Source of the DNA: Candidatus Versatilivorator sp.
GTDB lineage: Bacteria; Acidobacteriota; Terriglobia; Versatilivoradales; Versatilivoraceae
NCBI GenBank assembly: GCA_965207735.1
Contig: OZ242296.1
Location: 320,001-384,000 of the forward strand
Length of the DNA: 64,000 bases
Reading direction: 5' to 3'
Part shown: in pieces, positions 26,753 through 36,240 of the stretch
Position numbering within the stretch: position 1 is the first letter of the stretch
How the letters are laid out: every line of letters begins with the position of its first letter
Program-made: the position numbers and the translations under genes
Notes under the pieces: generated by a model
Databases searched by the model: none
The model's input: only the letters and a program-made list of their open reading frames with translations
What the model was told of the DNA's origin: nothing

Positions 26753-28411
26753 GTGATGAGACTATTCCCAACCAGGTGCCTCACTTCACGGGTCATCCTG
26801 GGTCTTGCTGTCCTCCTGTTGTGGGGTGGGATGTCCGGCTGCCCGACCCGGCCACAGCCGACGGATTCCCTTGAGTCTGCCCGCCAGGCGGCGGTCCAGC
26901 GCCAGCGGCGGATCATCTTCAACAACGATGGGGACGACCTGTTGCACCTGGCCGGCCCGGCGACCGCGGAGACGTTTCTGTCGGTTCGGACCGACCATGC
27001 GGCCGGCACCATGGTGGACAGCGTCTTCTATTTTTCCCGCAGGCCGATCAGCCCTCTCTACACTGGAGCGGTAGAGAGCGAGCCCCTGGCCGGCCGCCTG
27101 CAGGACCTGGCCCGACAGGGCACCGACGATCTCCGCCTGGTGGTCGAGGCCTCCCGCAAGCAGGGGATTGAAGTCTTCTGGTCGATGCGGATGAATGACA
27201 TTCACGACAACGCCAAACCCGAATCCGAGATTGCGCAATGGAAGAAGGACCACCGTCACCTGCTGATGGGCAGGCCCGCTGACAAGGAGCGCTTCCCCCC
27301 TTCCGACCCGCGCAACATCTGGACCTTCGTCGACTATGCTCATCCCGAGGTTCGCGACCTCATGGTGGAGACCTTCAAGCAGGTGCTGGCCGGCTACGAC
27401 GTGGACGGCGTCGACCTGGACTTTCTGCGCCATCCGGCCTTCTTTCTGGAGACCCGCCGCTTCCAGCCGGTCACCCGGCCCCACCTGGAGATGATGACCG
27501 AGCTGGTCGGCCGGATCCGCGCTGAGGTATTGGCCGCCAGCCGGCGCAAGGGAAAGCCCATTCTGATGAGCGTTCGGGTTCTCCCCACCCTGGCGCAGAA
27601 TACGCACTTCGGTTTCGACGTCGAGCAGTGGGCGCGGCGCGGCTATCTCGACCTGCTGGTGGTGGGAGGCGGGTACGATCCCTTCACCATGCCTGCCAGG
27701 GACATGATCGACCGCGGTAACCAGTGGGGCGTGCCTGTCTACGTCTGCTTGAGTTCCTCCGGCTTCGAGCACTCCATCGGGAGCCGCCGCTTCTACTCCA
27801 CCGACGCCGACCAATGGGGTCGGACCCGGCCCGATGCCGATGAGGGGGTGGCTCTCAAGGTATGGAGGGCGGCCGCGGCCAATGCCTGGCTGGCCGGCGC
27901 CAAGGGGATCATGACCTTCAACCTGTTTCCCAGACACCCCGAAAGCAGAGCCACCCGAATGGCTCGCCGGGTGTGGAAGGAGATCGGGGACCCTGACAAT
28001 CTGGCTTTCAGCGATAAGCTCTATGTCGTCGAAAACGTGGAGAGTCTGCAGGAAGGCTTCATGATGGGCTCGGTGCCCATAGAAGGACGGCTGCCGGTTC
28101 AGGTGGAGCCTGGGGCCGAGGTGCAGCGCGTCCTGCCGGTGGCCGATGACCTGGCGGGGGCCGGGGACCGTCTGCAATCCCTCGATCTGCGGCTGAAGCT
28201 GGCGGGCCTGAGAAGCAACGATTCCGCAACGGTCCGTCTCAACGGAGAACGGTTGCGCCTGACCCGGCGCCGGTCCGACTGGTTGATCGGCCCGGTCCCG
28301 GCGCAGGTGATGCGGAGGGGATCCAACGTTGTGAAGGTCGAGTTGGGGGCTGCGGCGCCGTCGGCGCTGACGCTGGAGGGTCTGGAGCTGGAAGTGACCT
28401 ACCGGCGCTGA
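26753..28411 (+). CDS. Putative lipoprotein, glycoside hydrolase-like (GHL10-type TIM barrel)
   Basis: Lipobox-like GMSGC; IIFNNDG, SMRMNDIHD, DYAHPEVR, YDVDGVDLDFLRHP. Confidence 0.7.
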   Translation: MMRLFPTRCLTSRVILGLAVLLLWGGMSGCPTRPQPTDSLESARQAAVQRQRRIIFNNDGDDLLHLAGPATAETFLSVRTDHAAGTMVDSVFYFSRRPISPLYTGAVESEPLAGRLQDLARQGTDDLRLVVEASRKQGIEVFWSMRMNDIHDNAKPESEIAQWKKDHRHLLMGRPADKERFPPSDPRNIWTFVDYAHPEVRDLMVETFKQVLAGYDVDGVDLDFLRHPAFFLETRRFQPVTRPHLEMMTELVGRIRAEVLAASRRKGKPILMSVRVLPTLAQNTHFGFDVEQWARRGYLDLLVVGGGYDPFTMPARDMIDRGNQWGVPVYVCLSSSGFEHSIGSRRFYSTDADQWGRTRPDADEGVALKVWRAAAANAWLAGAKGIMTFNLFPRHPESRATRMARRVWKEIGDPDNLAFSDKLYVVENVESLQEGFMMGSVPIEGRLPVQVEPGAEVQRVLPVADDLAGAGDRLQSLDLRLKLAGLRSNDSATVRLNGERLRLTRRRSDWLIGPVPAQVMRRGSNVVKVELGAAAPSALTLEGLELEVTYRR

Positions 28412-28425
28412 GGAGGAGGCGGAGG

Positions 28426-30291
28426 ATGATGAGAGCGACCGATCCCAAGAATTCGATCTCCCGAAGGGGATTTATCGGAGCGATGGGACTGGCCCCGGCA
28501 GTTTTCCAGGCGGTGGGCACTCCGGCCGAGGGCGACTCCAAGCCGGCGGCCCCCGGCTTTTGGCACTCGCCCCGCCACTCGGGAGTCTTGCTGGCGGACC
28601 TTTCCAGCGCGCAGCCGCGTGAGGCCATCAGCCCCAAGCCCCGAAAGGGGTGCTGGTACACGATTCCCTACCGGACCCAAACGGGCATCCAGGGAGTGAT
28701 GGTGGCCAGGGGACAGATGACCCATCCTCCCGACCTGAGGTTGTCCCTGCCGGCCCGGGGATGGCATGCCATCTACGTGGGGCTCTTCGGCGGGTCCAGG
28801 ATCGACGAGTTCAGACTGAGGCTGAAGCTGAGCGACGAGAAATTGTTCGAGAGCCTGGTCCCAAGTCGGTTGGGCTACCAGCGCAAACCCGACGGGAGTT
28901 GGCTTCGCCCGCGACCGGCCATCGGGGTGACCGACATCGAGGAGGTCTTCTGGAAGGCCGCCGACCTCGACGGGCAGCAGTTGGTAATCTCCCACCTGAG
29001 GACCAGCCATCCCAGTGTGGCCCAGCTTGCCTTTGTGCGGCTGGTTCCGTTGACCGCCGAAGAAGTCGAGGAGTACCGGATGGCCGGCGGGCGCCCCGAG
29101 ACCAGGTTTCTGGCGGCGGAGATGGACGGGCAGGGCCCCTTTCATAGGGGTGCGCGTACGGTGCAGGACATCCAGGAAAACCTGGAGCCGCTGCGGGGCA
29201 CCGACGTGGGGAAGCTCTTTCTGGGAACCGGGGGCATCGGCGCCGGCCAAACCCTCTATCCCAGCCGGGTGGGTGCGATGATGGGCGCCGGAGAGGAAGA
29301 CTATCCGGTAGAAGCGGGGAAGCGGGCTGCGGAGAGCCTCCTTGGCTTTCAATCCCGCGGCATCGATCCGCTCAAGGTGGCCGTGGATCATGCCCATTCC
29401 ATGGGCATTGAGGTCTACCTGGGTTTTCGCATGGGCACCATGGCCTCCATGCCTCCGGTCTGGTTCGAGCCTGCGCAATTCTGGAAAAGAAACCCGCAGT
29501 GGCGCTGCCGGGATCGGGAGGGTCACACCATTGTCCGGCTGAGTATGGCCTACAGCCAGGTGAGACGGTTCTACCTGGACCTGCTGGCGGAGTTGGCGGG
29601 CTATGGGGTCAAGGGGGTGCAGTTGATCTATACTCGCCGGCCTCCTTTCGTATTGTTCGAGCCGCCGGTGGTCCAAGACTTCCAGAAGGCTTACGGGATC
29701 GATCCCCGCCGGCTCCCCGAACCGGCCCGACATCGGCGGGGGGACCCACCGGCGGCCGACGAGCGCTTGGAGAGGCACTGGGCAACCTATGTCACCACGT
29801 TCATGCGGGAATTGCGCCACAGGTTGGACCGGCAGCGCCTCCGGGGGCCTCGGATCGAAGTGCTGGCCAACGTGGGCTACGACGCTGCCTGGAATCGCCA
29901 CGCCGCCCTGGATCTGGAGACCTGGACTCGAGAAGGCCTGGTGGATATCCTCTGCGTCTATACCGGAGGGGACGGGTCTCAGCGAGTGGATTACGATTAC
30001 TTCCAGGAGATCACCCGGGGAACCCGAAGCGTCTTCTTCGAAGACATCACTCCACGCAACCTGCCCGGCAGCCAGTATGCCCGGCAGGCACGCAAGGCCT
30101 ATGACGGGGGAGCCGCCGGGCTGGCCTTCTGGGACAGCGGCGGCCGAATTGTCCGCAAGACCCAATGGCACACCGTCAGGCGTCTTGGCCATCGGCAGGA
30201 TCTGAAGGCAATGGCTCGCCAGCCGCAAGGGTATTGCATCCATCCGCTCCAGCTGATTGACGGTTGGAGCGTGGAGTTACGGTACCGGTAG
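28426..30291 (+). CDS. Tat-exported glycoside hydrolase-like (GHL10-type) protein
   Basis: Twin-arginine SRRGFIG; DPLKVAVDHAHSMGIEVYLGFRM, LSMAYSQVR, GVQLIYTRRPP, GLAFWD. Confidence 0.65.
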   Translation: MMRATDPKNSISRRGFIGAMGLAPAVFQAVGTPAEGDSKPAAPGFWHSPRHSGVLLADLSSAQPREAISPKPRKGCWYTIPYRTQTGIQGVMVARGQMTHPPDLRLSLPARGWHAIYVGLFGGSRIDEFRLRLKLSDEKLFESLVPSRLGYQRKPDGSWLRPRPAIGVTDIEEVFWKAADLDGQQLVISHLRTSHPSVAQLAFVRLVPLTAEEVEEYRMAGGRPETRFLAAEMDGQGPFHRGARTVQDIQENLEPLRGTDVGKLFLGTGGIGAGQTLYPSRVGAMMGAGEEDYPVEAGKRAAESLLGFQSRGIDPLKVAVDHAHSMGIEVYLGFRMGTMASMPPVWFEPAQFWKRNPQWRCRDREGHTIVRLSMAYSQVRRFYLDLLAELAGYGVKGVQLIYTRRPPFVLFEPPVVQDFQKAYGIDPRRLPEPARHRRGDPPAADERLERHWATYVTTFMRELRHRLDRQRLRGPRIEVLANVGYDAAWNRHAALDLETWTREGLVDILCVYTGGDGSQRVDYDYFQEITRGTRSVFFEDITPRNLPGSQYARQARKAYDGGAAGLAFWDSGGRIVRKTQWHTVRRLGHRQDLKAMARQPQGYCIHPLQLIDGWSVELRYR

Positions 30292-30311
30292 TGTGAAGCG
30301 CCGGAAGGGAG

Positions 30312-31457
30312 GTGGATCCAATGCCGGCTGGGACTCTCAATCGGCGGTCGCGGGCTCCAAGGGTGCCGGGCCGCCGCATCGCTCCCGATTCGGACCACCG
30401 GGCAGGGGATCGAAAGCCTGGAACAGGACGCCTGCCGAAAGGAAGGATGCAGGCCGCGGCCGTCATTGCCAACGGCCTGACCGCCGGCCTGAAGCCGAGG
30501 GAAATCCTCGGGGTCATCCGGGAACAGACCCGAGCGATCGTCGGTGGTGACTTTTGGGCTTTGGCCCGGCTCGATCGCGAAGGCCAGTCCTGGGAAGTGA
30601 CGACAGCGCGGGTCCAATCCGATGCCGGTCCCGAGTCCGGGGGACGGTTTCCTATAGACGATCCGTTGCTGGCGCCCGTCCTCGAATTTCCCGGAGTGCC
30701 TTTTTTCGGGCAGCGAATTGCGAGTCCCGGAGCGAGTAAGCGTGACCGCCCCTTTCCGGCGGAGGCTCGTTTCCATACTCTGCTGCCTCTAATGACCCGG
30801 GGCCGCCTGGCGGGCGCCCTGGTGCTGGGACATTCGACGGGCGCCTCCCTGCAGCAGTCCGATCGGGACTTTCTGAGTCTGGTGGCCGATCAGGCGGCTC
30901 TGGCTCTGGAAAACACTCATCTCCGCCAGCAGGTGGAATTGGAGCACCAGCTGAAGCGGCTCACGGTCACCGACGATCTGACGGGTCTCTACAACCAGCG
31001 GGATCTGTTCGAGCACCTGCCGGTGGAAATGGAACGGGCCCACCGGTCCGGCAGCGCCTGCTCGCTGTGTCTGTTCGACCTGGACCGGTTCAAGGAGTAC
31101 AACGATACCCATGGCCACTTGGCGGGGGACCGCTTGCTTCGAACAGTGGGCGCCGTCGTATCCCGGACCATTCGCGCCAGGACGGACCGGGCATTTCGCT
31201 ATGGAGGAGACGAGTTTGTGCTACTCCTGCCCCACACCAGACGTGCGGAAGCCCAGGTCCTGGTGGTTCGGCTCCGCCGCGCCCTTTCCCGGGCTCTGGC
31301 CGGGGCGGTCGGTTTCAGCGCAGGCATCGCGGAGTACTCCCCGGGGATGAAGAGCAGGGAATTCATCGAAGCCGCCGACCGGCTCATGTACCGGGCCAAG
31401 CGCAAGGGCGGCAACCGCCTGGAATTCGGAATTGCAAAGCGGCGGAGATCGGCGTAA
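30312..31457 (+). CDS. GAF-GGDEF diguanylate cyclase
   Basis: TDDLTGLYN, DLDRFKEYNDTHGHLAGD, RYGGDEF; start uncertain. Confidence 0.9.
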   Translation: MDPMPAGTLNRRSRAPRVPGRRIAPDSDHRAGDRKPGTGRLPKGRMQAAAVIANGLTAGLKPREILGVIREQTRAIVGGDFWALARLDREGQSWEVTTARVQSDAGPESGGRFPIDDPLLAPVLEFPGVPFFGQRIASPGASKRDRPFPAEARFHTLLPLMTRGRLAGALVLGHSTGASLQQSDRDFLSLVADQAALALENTHLRQQVELEHQLKRLTVTDDLTGLYNQRDLFEHLPVEMERAHRSGSACSLCLFDLDRFKEYNDTHGHLAGDRLLRTVGAVVSRTIRARTDRAFRYGGDEFVLLLPHTRRAEAQVLVVRLRRALSRALAGAVGFSAGIAEYSPGMKSREFIEAADRLMYRAKRKGGNRLEFGIAKRRRSA

Positions 31458-32264
31458 ATGGCCATGAAGGGACAAAAATTCCTGGAGTTGGTCGCCCTGG
31501 TGGATCGGCTGCGGGGTCCCGACGGTTGTCCCTGGGACCGAGAGCAGACCTTCGATACCCTCAAGCCCCTCCTGCTGGAGGAAGCCTATGAGACCCTGGA
31601 GGCGATGGACAGCGGCGACCGGGCGTCCTTTTGCAGCGAGTTGGGGGATCTGTTGTTCCAGGTGGCCTTTCTGTCCCAGATGGCGGAATCGGAAGGCGCC
31701 TTCGACATCGACCAGGTAGCGGATGGGGTCGTCGAAAAGATGGTGAGGCGCCATCCCCACGTGTTCGGCGACGCCAAGGCGGAAAGCGCCGAAGGAGTCT
31801 TGCATCAGTGGGAGGACATCAAGCGCCAGGAACGCTCCGGAGATTCAGCCGGCGAAAACTCGGAGACCTCGATCCTGGACCATCTGCCACGGCTGCCGGC
31901 TCTCCTGACCGCGCTCAAGATCACCGGCAAGGCCTCCCGGGTGGGTTTTGACTGGTCTCGCATTGAAGGGGTGGTCGAAAAGCTGGAGGAGGAGATCGGG
32001 GAACTCAGGCAGGCTCTGGATTCGCCCCCGACTGCAAGGCGGGAGCGAATCGAGGAGGAGGTCGGGGACCTGCTCTTTGCGGCGGTCAATATCGCCCGCT
32101 TTCTGGACATTGATCCCGAAACGGCTTTGCGGAAGTCCAACCGGAAGTTCGTCAGGCGATTTCAGTTCATGGAGACCGCTCTGCGGCGAGCGGGTAAAGA
32201 CCTGGGGGACAGCACCCCGGAAGATATGGAACAGCTCTGGGGGCAGGCCAAGAAGGCCCTGTGA
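31458..32264 (+). CDS. mazG: Nucleoside triphosphate pyrophosphohydrolase MazG
   Basis: GCPWDREQT, EEAYE, ELGDLL, RRHPHVF, GFDW, EEEVGDLLF. Confidence 0.95.
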   Translation: MAMKGQKFLELVALVDRLRGPDGCPWDREQTFDTLKPLLLEEAYETLEAMDSGDRASFCSELGDLLFQVAFLSQMAESEGAFDIDQVADGVVEKMVRRHPHVFGDAKAESAEGVLHQWEDIKRQERSGDSAGENSETSILDHLPRLPALLTALKITGKASRVGFDWSRIEGVVEKLEEEIGELRQALDSPPTARRERIEEEVGDLLFAAVNIARFLDIDPETALRKSNRKFVRRFQFMETALRRAGKDLGDSTPEDMEQLWGQAKKAL

Positions 32265-32281
32265 CGCCTTCCCGGCCCTGA

Positions 32282-32318
32282 GGCTACCGGCCTTTGCGGC
32301 CGCCAGAGCCGGGTAGCC
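32282..32318. terminator. Hairpin between the convergent mazG and sulfur-carrier genes (terminator or REP-like)
   Basis: GGCTACCGGC...GCCGGGTAGCC imperfect inverted repeat. Confidence 0.35.
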
Positions 32319-32347
32319 GGCGGCGCCGTCGATCCAATGGGCGTGGC

Positions 32348-32623
32348 CTATCCCCCGGCAATGGCCGGAATGATCGACAACTCGTCCTTTTCTGTGACCG
32401 GGGTCTGGAGATTCTCCAGAAAGCGAATGTCCTCTTCGTTGAGGAAGATATTGACGAAGCGCCGGACCTTCCCCTCGGATTCGCAGATGCGGTCCTTGAG
32501 GCCGGGGTATTGCCGGTCGATGTCTTCGATGATCTCCAGCACCGATCCGCCCGTCCCGGTGATCACTTCCTGACCTCCGGTGAGCGTTCTCAGTTGAACG
32601 GGAATACGCACGGATGTGGGCAT
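32348..32623 (-). CDS. MoaD/ThiS/CysO-type ubiquitin-like sulfur carrier protein
   Basis: 91 aa; RRFVNIFLNEEDIRFL; ends IIPAIAGG. Confidence 0.93.
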   Translation of the reverse strand: MPTSVRIPVQLRTLTGGQEVITGTGGSVLEIIEDIDRQYPGLKDRICESEGKVRRFVNIFLNEEDIRFLENLQTPVTEKDELSIIPAIAGG

Positions 32624-32724
32624 GAAGCCTCCTCTCTTGGTGAGTCCGATGAAACGACGGCTGCCATCATTGTGCCATGGGTTTCGGTGTTCCGACCGAG
32701 GTTCCTGGGCCCTGGCCGGAAGTT

Positions 32725-33786
32725 CTACTGCTTTCCTTCCAGCATCCCTCGAGCCAGCAGCAGCTCTGCGTTGAGGATGGCGGCTCCCGCCGCCCCTCGT
32801 ATGGTGTTGTGCCCCAGCAGGTCGAACTTGAAGTCCAGGATGGGACAGGGGCGGATGCGTCCCACCACCGTTGCCATTCCCTTTTCCAGGGTTCGGTCCA
32901 GGCGGGGCTGGGGCCGGTCCGGTTCTTCCAGGCAGACCACCGGCCTGCGGGGTGCGCTGGGCAGATTCAATTCCTGGGGGAGGGATCGGAATGAGGCCAG
33001 GGCTTCCACAAGCTCACCGCGGGAGGGACGCTGCCGGAAGCTTGCCGAGACGGCTTCCAGGTGCCCGTCCTGCACGTTCACCCGGTGGCACTGGGCGCTG
33101 ATTCGGAACTCCGCCCGGTCGACTCTGCCCTCCTTGCATTGTCCCAGGATTTTCAGAGGTTCGGTCTCCACCTTCTCCTCTTCTCCCTCGATGTAGGGAA
33201 GCACGTTGTCGGTCACGTCCAGACTGGACACTCCCGGATAACCTGCGCCCGAGAGCGCCTGCATGGTCACCACGCTGACCCTCTCCAGGCCGAAGGCCCG
33301 GTGCAGCGGCGCCAGCGCCAGAACCAGGGCAATGGTGGTGCAGTTGGGATTGGTGACAATGAATCCCGAGGACCGGGTGCGCTCTTGCTGCAGGGGAATC
33401 AGTTCCAGGTGGTCGGGGTTGATCTCGGGGACCAGCAGAGGCACATCCTCGTCCATGCGGTGGTTTTTGGAGTTGCTGACCACCGGATAGCCGGCTCGGG
33501 CAAAATCGCTCTCCACCACTCCGGCAATCGAGGAGGGCAGGCCGGAAAAGACGAAGTCGACCTCCAGCCCGGGGCGGCAGGGGCTGAGGATTCGGTCTCT
33601 CGCATACTCCGGCATGGGCTCCGGGACCTTCCAGGAGCAGGCCCGCTGAAAAGGCTTGCCCACTGAACGGCCTGAAGCCGCAACCGCTCCCAGCTCGAAC
33701 CAGGGATGGTCCTCCAGCAACTGAATGAAACGCTGGCCGACGGTGCCGGTGGCTCCCAGAACCCCCGCCCGCAATTTCCTGGTCAT
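32725..33786 (-). CDS. asd: Aspartate-semialdehyde dehydrogenase (archaeal/fungal-like subtype)
   Basis: GVLGATGTVGQRF, TNPNCTT, QALSGAGYPGV, HNTIRGAAG. Confidence 0.93.
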   Translation of the reverse strand: MTRKLRAGVLGATGTVGQRFIQLLEDHPWFELGAVAASGRSVGKPFQRACSWKVPEPMPEYARDRILSPCRPGLEVDFVFSGLPSSIAGVVESDFARAGYPVVSNSKNHRMDEDVPLLVPEINPDHLELIPLQQERTRSSGFIVTNPNCTTIALVLALAPLHRAFGLERVSVVTMQALSGAGYPGVSSLDVTDNVLPYIEGEEEKVETEPLKILGQCKEGRVDRAEFRISAQCHRVNVQDGHLEAVSASFRQRPSRGELVEALASFRSLPQELNLPSAPRRPVVCLEEPDRPQPRLDRTLEKGMATVVGRIRPCPILDFKFDLLGHNTIRGAAGAAILNAELLLARGMLEGKQ

Positions 33787-33883
33787 TGCCTGACTCCGGT
33801 GTTCAACTCCTTCATTCCCTGTTGCTCTCCCGCGCCATGGGGGCACGCCCCCGAATTCCAGCCCCGGCCCGGAACTCCTCCCA

Positions 33884-35017
33884 TCACAGTTGCTCCAGGG
33901 CCGAGAGGCAGCGATCGATATCGTCCTCGGTGTTGAAGTAACCGGGGCTGATTCGGACGGCCCCCTCGGGCGCCGTGCCCAGCTGCCGGTGAAGATAGGG
34001 GGCACAGTGCAGGCCGGGCCGGACGGCGATTTCGAAGGAGTTGTCCAGGATCATTCCCACCTCCGAGGCGGTGTAACCCTCCCGGTTGAACGCCAGCGAA
34101 CCCACCCGGCGGTGCGTGTCCAGGGAGCCGTAGAGACAGATCTTGGGGTTGTCCCTGAGGGATTCGGTCAATCGAGCCAGCAAACGCTGCTCGTGGCCGC
34201 GGATCCTGTCGAGGCCCTCGCCGGTCACAAAGCGCAGGCCGGCTCTCAGCCCCGCCACACCCAGGGTGTTGGGGGTCCCCCCTTCCAGAAGGTGGGGAAG
34301 GCTGCGGGGCTGCAGGGGGGCTTCCGAATCGAAACCGGTACCGCCTTCCCGCCAGGGGAGCGGCTCGACCCGGTGGCCCACCAACAGAACGCCGATTCCG
34401 GGCGGACCGAACAGGGCCTTGTGGCCCGGAAAAGCCAGCAGATCGATCCGCATGGCCTGCATGTCGATGGGAACGATTCCGGCTGTCTGGGCCGCATCCA
34501 CCAGAAACAGCGCCTCGTGCCGGCGGCAGATCCTGCCGATTTCGGCAATGGGTTGCAGGGTTCCCAGGACGTTGGAGGCGTGCAGCAGGACCACCAGCCG
34601 GGTTTGCGAGGTCAGGGCTCTGCCAAAGTCTTCCGGATCGACGAACCCCTGCTGAGAGAAAGGCAACTGGGTCAGCCTGATGCTGCCGTCGCTTTCCAGC
34701 TGTCTCAAGGGGCGGGAGACCGAATTGTGTTCCAGCAGGCTGGTGACCACGTGGTCTCCAGGGCGAAGCACTCCCTTGATAGCCATGTTGAGGGAGTCGG
34801 TGCCGTTGAGGGTGAAAATCACCCGGCGATGGTCGTCCAGTCCAAAAAAGCGGGCCAGCAGGTTGCGGGTGTCGTCCAAGGTTTTTTCCACCCGGACTGC
34901 CCACTGGTGTCCCCCTCTGCCGGGATTGGCCCCATCGCGGCGCAAGTAGTCCTGCAATTCCCGGTAGACGGCCTCCGGTTTGGGAAAGCTGGTGGCTGCG
35001 TTGTCCAGATAGATCAT
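33884..35017 (-). CDS. Cysteine desulfurase family (class V PLP aminotransferase)
   Basis: IYLDNAATSFPKP, EHNSV, DAAQTAG, PGHK, VRPGLHCAP with the catalytic Cys. Confidence 0.92.
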   Translation of the reverse strand: MIYLDNAATSFPKPEAVYRELQDYLRRDGANPGRGGHQWAVRVEKTLDDTRNLLARFFGLDDHRRVIFTLNGTDSLNMAIKGVLRPGDHVVTSLLEHNSVSRPLRQLESDGSIRLTQLPFSQQGFVDPEDFGRALTSQTRLVVLLHASNVLGTLQPIAEIGRICRRHEALFLVDAAQTAGIVPIDMQAMRIDLLAFPGHKALFGPPGIGVLLVGHRVEPLPWREGGTGFDSEAPLQPRSLPHLLEGGTPNTLGVAGLRAGLRFVTGEGLDRIRGHEQRLLARLTESLRDNPKICLYGSLDTHRRVGSLAFNREGYTASEVGMILDNSFEIAVRPGLHCAPYLHRQLGTAPEGAVRISPGYFNTEDDIDRCLSALEQL

Positions 35018-35112
35018 GGTGGGTGGCGGCTGCCGGCTATCTCCCGGTTTTGCCCTGGCGGGGGCGCGGTCGCGGCATCCTGGGGACGGTCTCTTGCGCC
35101 TCGGTTGGGATC

Positions 35113-36147
35113 TCAGTTTCCGATGTACCTGGAATAGAGTGAACGGGCCTCCTGGGAGTCCCGGGTGCCCTTGACAATGCTCCGGCCGTCCGGAAAGACG
35201 GCTATTTCAATCTCCTTCAGCCGGAACCTGAGCAGAAACCGATTGTAGGAAACGCTGCCCAGAGGTTCCAGGCGGCGGCTCAGTTGGGGGAAATCCAGGT
35301 GTTTCCCCGGGGCCTGACTGATCTGAACCGAGTCTCGCCCGCAGAGAACGGTGGCCAGGGACTCCCGCTCCCCCTCCAGGAAGTCGTAGCGGCCCAGATG
35401 GCAGGCCGGGCAATCCCCGCCGGTACGGCTGCTTTCGATCTCCAGGCGCCGCCAGCTGTTCCGCCAGACATCCAGGCTGACCAGGTTCCGGTTGACGCGC
35501 TCCAACCGTCCAGTCAGGATCTTCAAGGCTTCGGCCACCTGCAGGGAGGCCACCAGGTTGACGGCCGGCGCCAGCACGCCCGCCGTATCGCAGGTGGGCG
35601 TGGTTCCAGGCGGTGGCGGGGACTCAAAGACACAACGCAGGCAGGGCGTCCGGCCGGGAACAATGGTCATGGTCAGGCCCTCGCTTCCTACCGCGGCCCC
35701 GTAAATCCAGGGGATTCGCCGCTTATGAGAGACGTCGTTCAGCAGGAAGCGAGCCTCGAAGTTGTCGGTGCCGTCGAGAATGCAGTCCGCATCCTCCAAC
35801 AGGGATTCGGCGTTGCGATAGTTGAGGTCCTCCACCCGGGCCTCCACGGCAACCGAGGAGTTGATGGCCTGCAGGCGCCGTGTGGCGGCCACCGCCTTGG
35901 GGAGGCCTTCCCGAACGTCCTCCTCCGTGAACAGGGTTTGCCGCTGCAGGTTGCTTTCCTCGATGAAGTCCCGGTCGATCAGGCGGAGGCTTCCGACCCC
36001 CGCACGGGTCAATGCCTCGGCCTGCACCGTTCCCAGAGCTCCGCAGCCCACGATGACCACCCGGCTGCCAAGCAGGCGCTCCTGTCCGGCTGTGCCAATT
36101 TCCGCAAAGAGGATCTGGCGGGAGTAACGGGTTGGAAGATCCGACAT
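35113..36147 (-). CDS. ThiF/MoeB family sulfur-carrier adenylyltransferase
   Basis: RYSRQIL, GCGALG, SNLQRQ, DGTDNFEAR, two CxxC motifs, TCDTAG. Confidence 0.93.
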   Translation of the reverse strand: MSDLPTRYSRQILFAEIGTAGQERLLGSRVVIVGCGALGTVQAEALTRAGVGSLRLIDRDFIEESNLQRQTLFTEEDVREGLPKAVAATRRLQAINSSVAVEARVEDLNYRNAESLLEDADCILDGTDNFEARFLLNDVSHKRRIPWIYGAAVGSEGLTMTIVPGRTPCLRCVFESPPPPGTTPTCDTAGVLAPAVNLVASLQVAEALKILTGRLERVNRNLVSLDVWRNSWRRLEIESSRTGGDCPACHLGRYDFLEGERESLATVLCGRDSVQISQAPGKHLDFPQLSRRLEPLGSVSYNRFLLRFRLKEIEIAVFPDGRSIVKGTRDSQEARSLYSRYIGN

Positions 36148-36240
36148 GAACGTTTCTCTGAGGGGCGGGACCTCCCGGAAAACAGGCCGGCGCGCCCGAC
36201 CCTGACCAATGCCGGAAGGTGCTTGAAGGCCGGACTGCTT

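Noticed and set aside
32348-36147. Molybdopterin/thiamine biosynthesis or a ubiquitin-like antiphage system
   Set aside because: No moaA/C/E, thiG, E2 or JAB genes; the SAM-I riboswitch, asd and thrC-like context point to sulfur amino-acid metabolism
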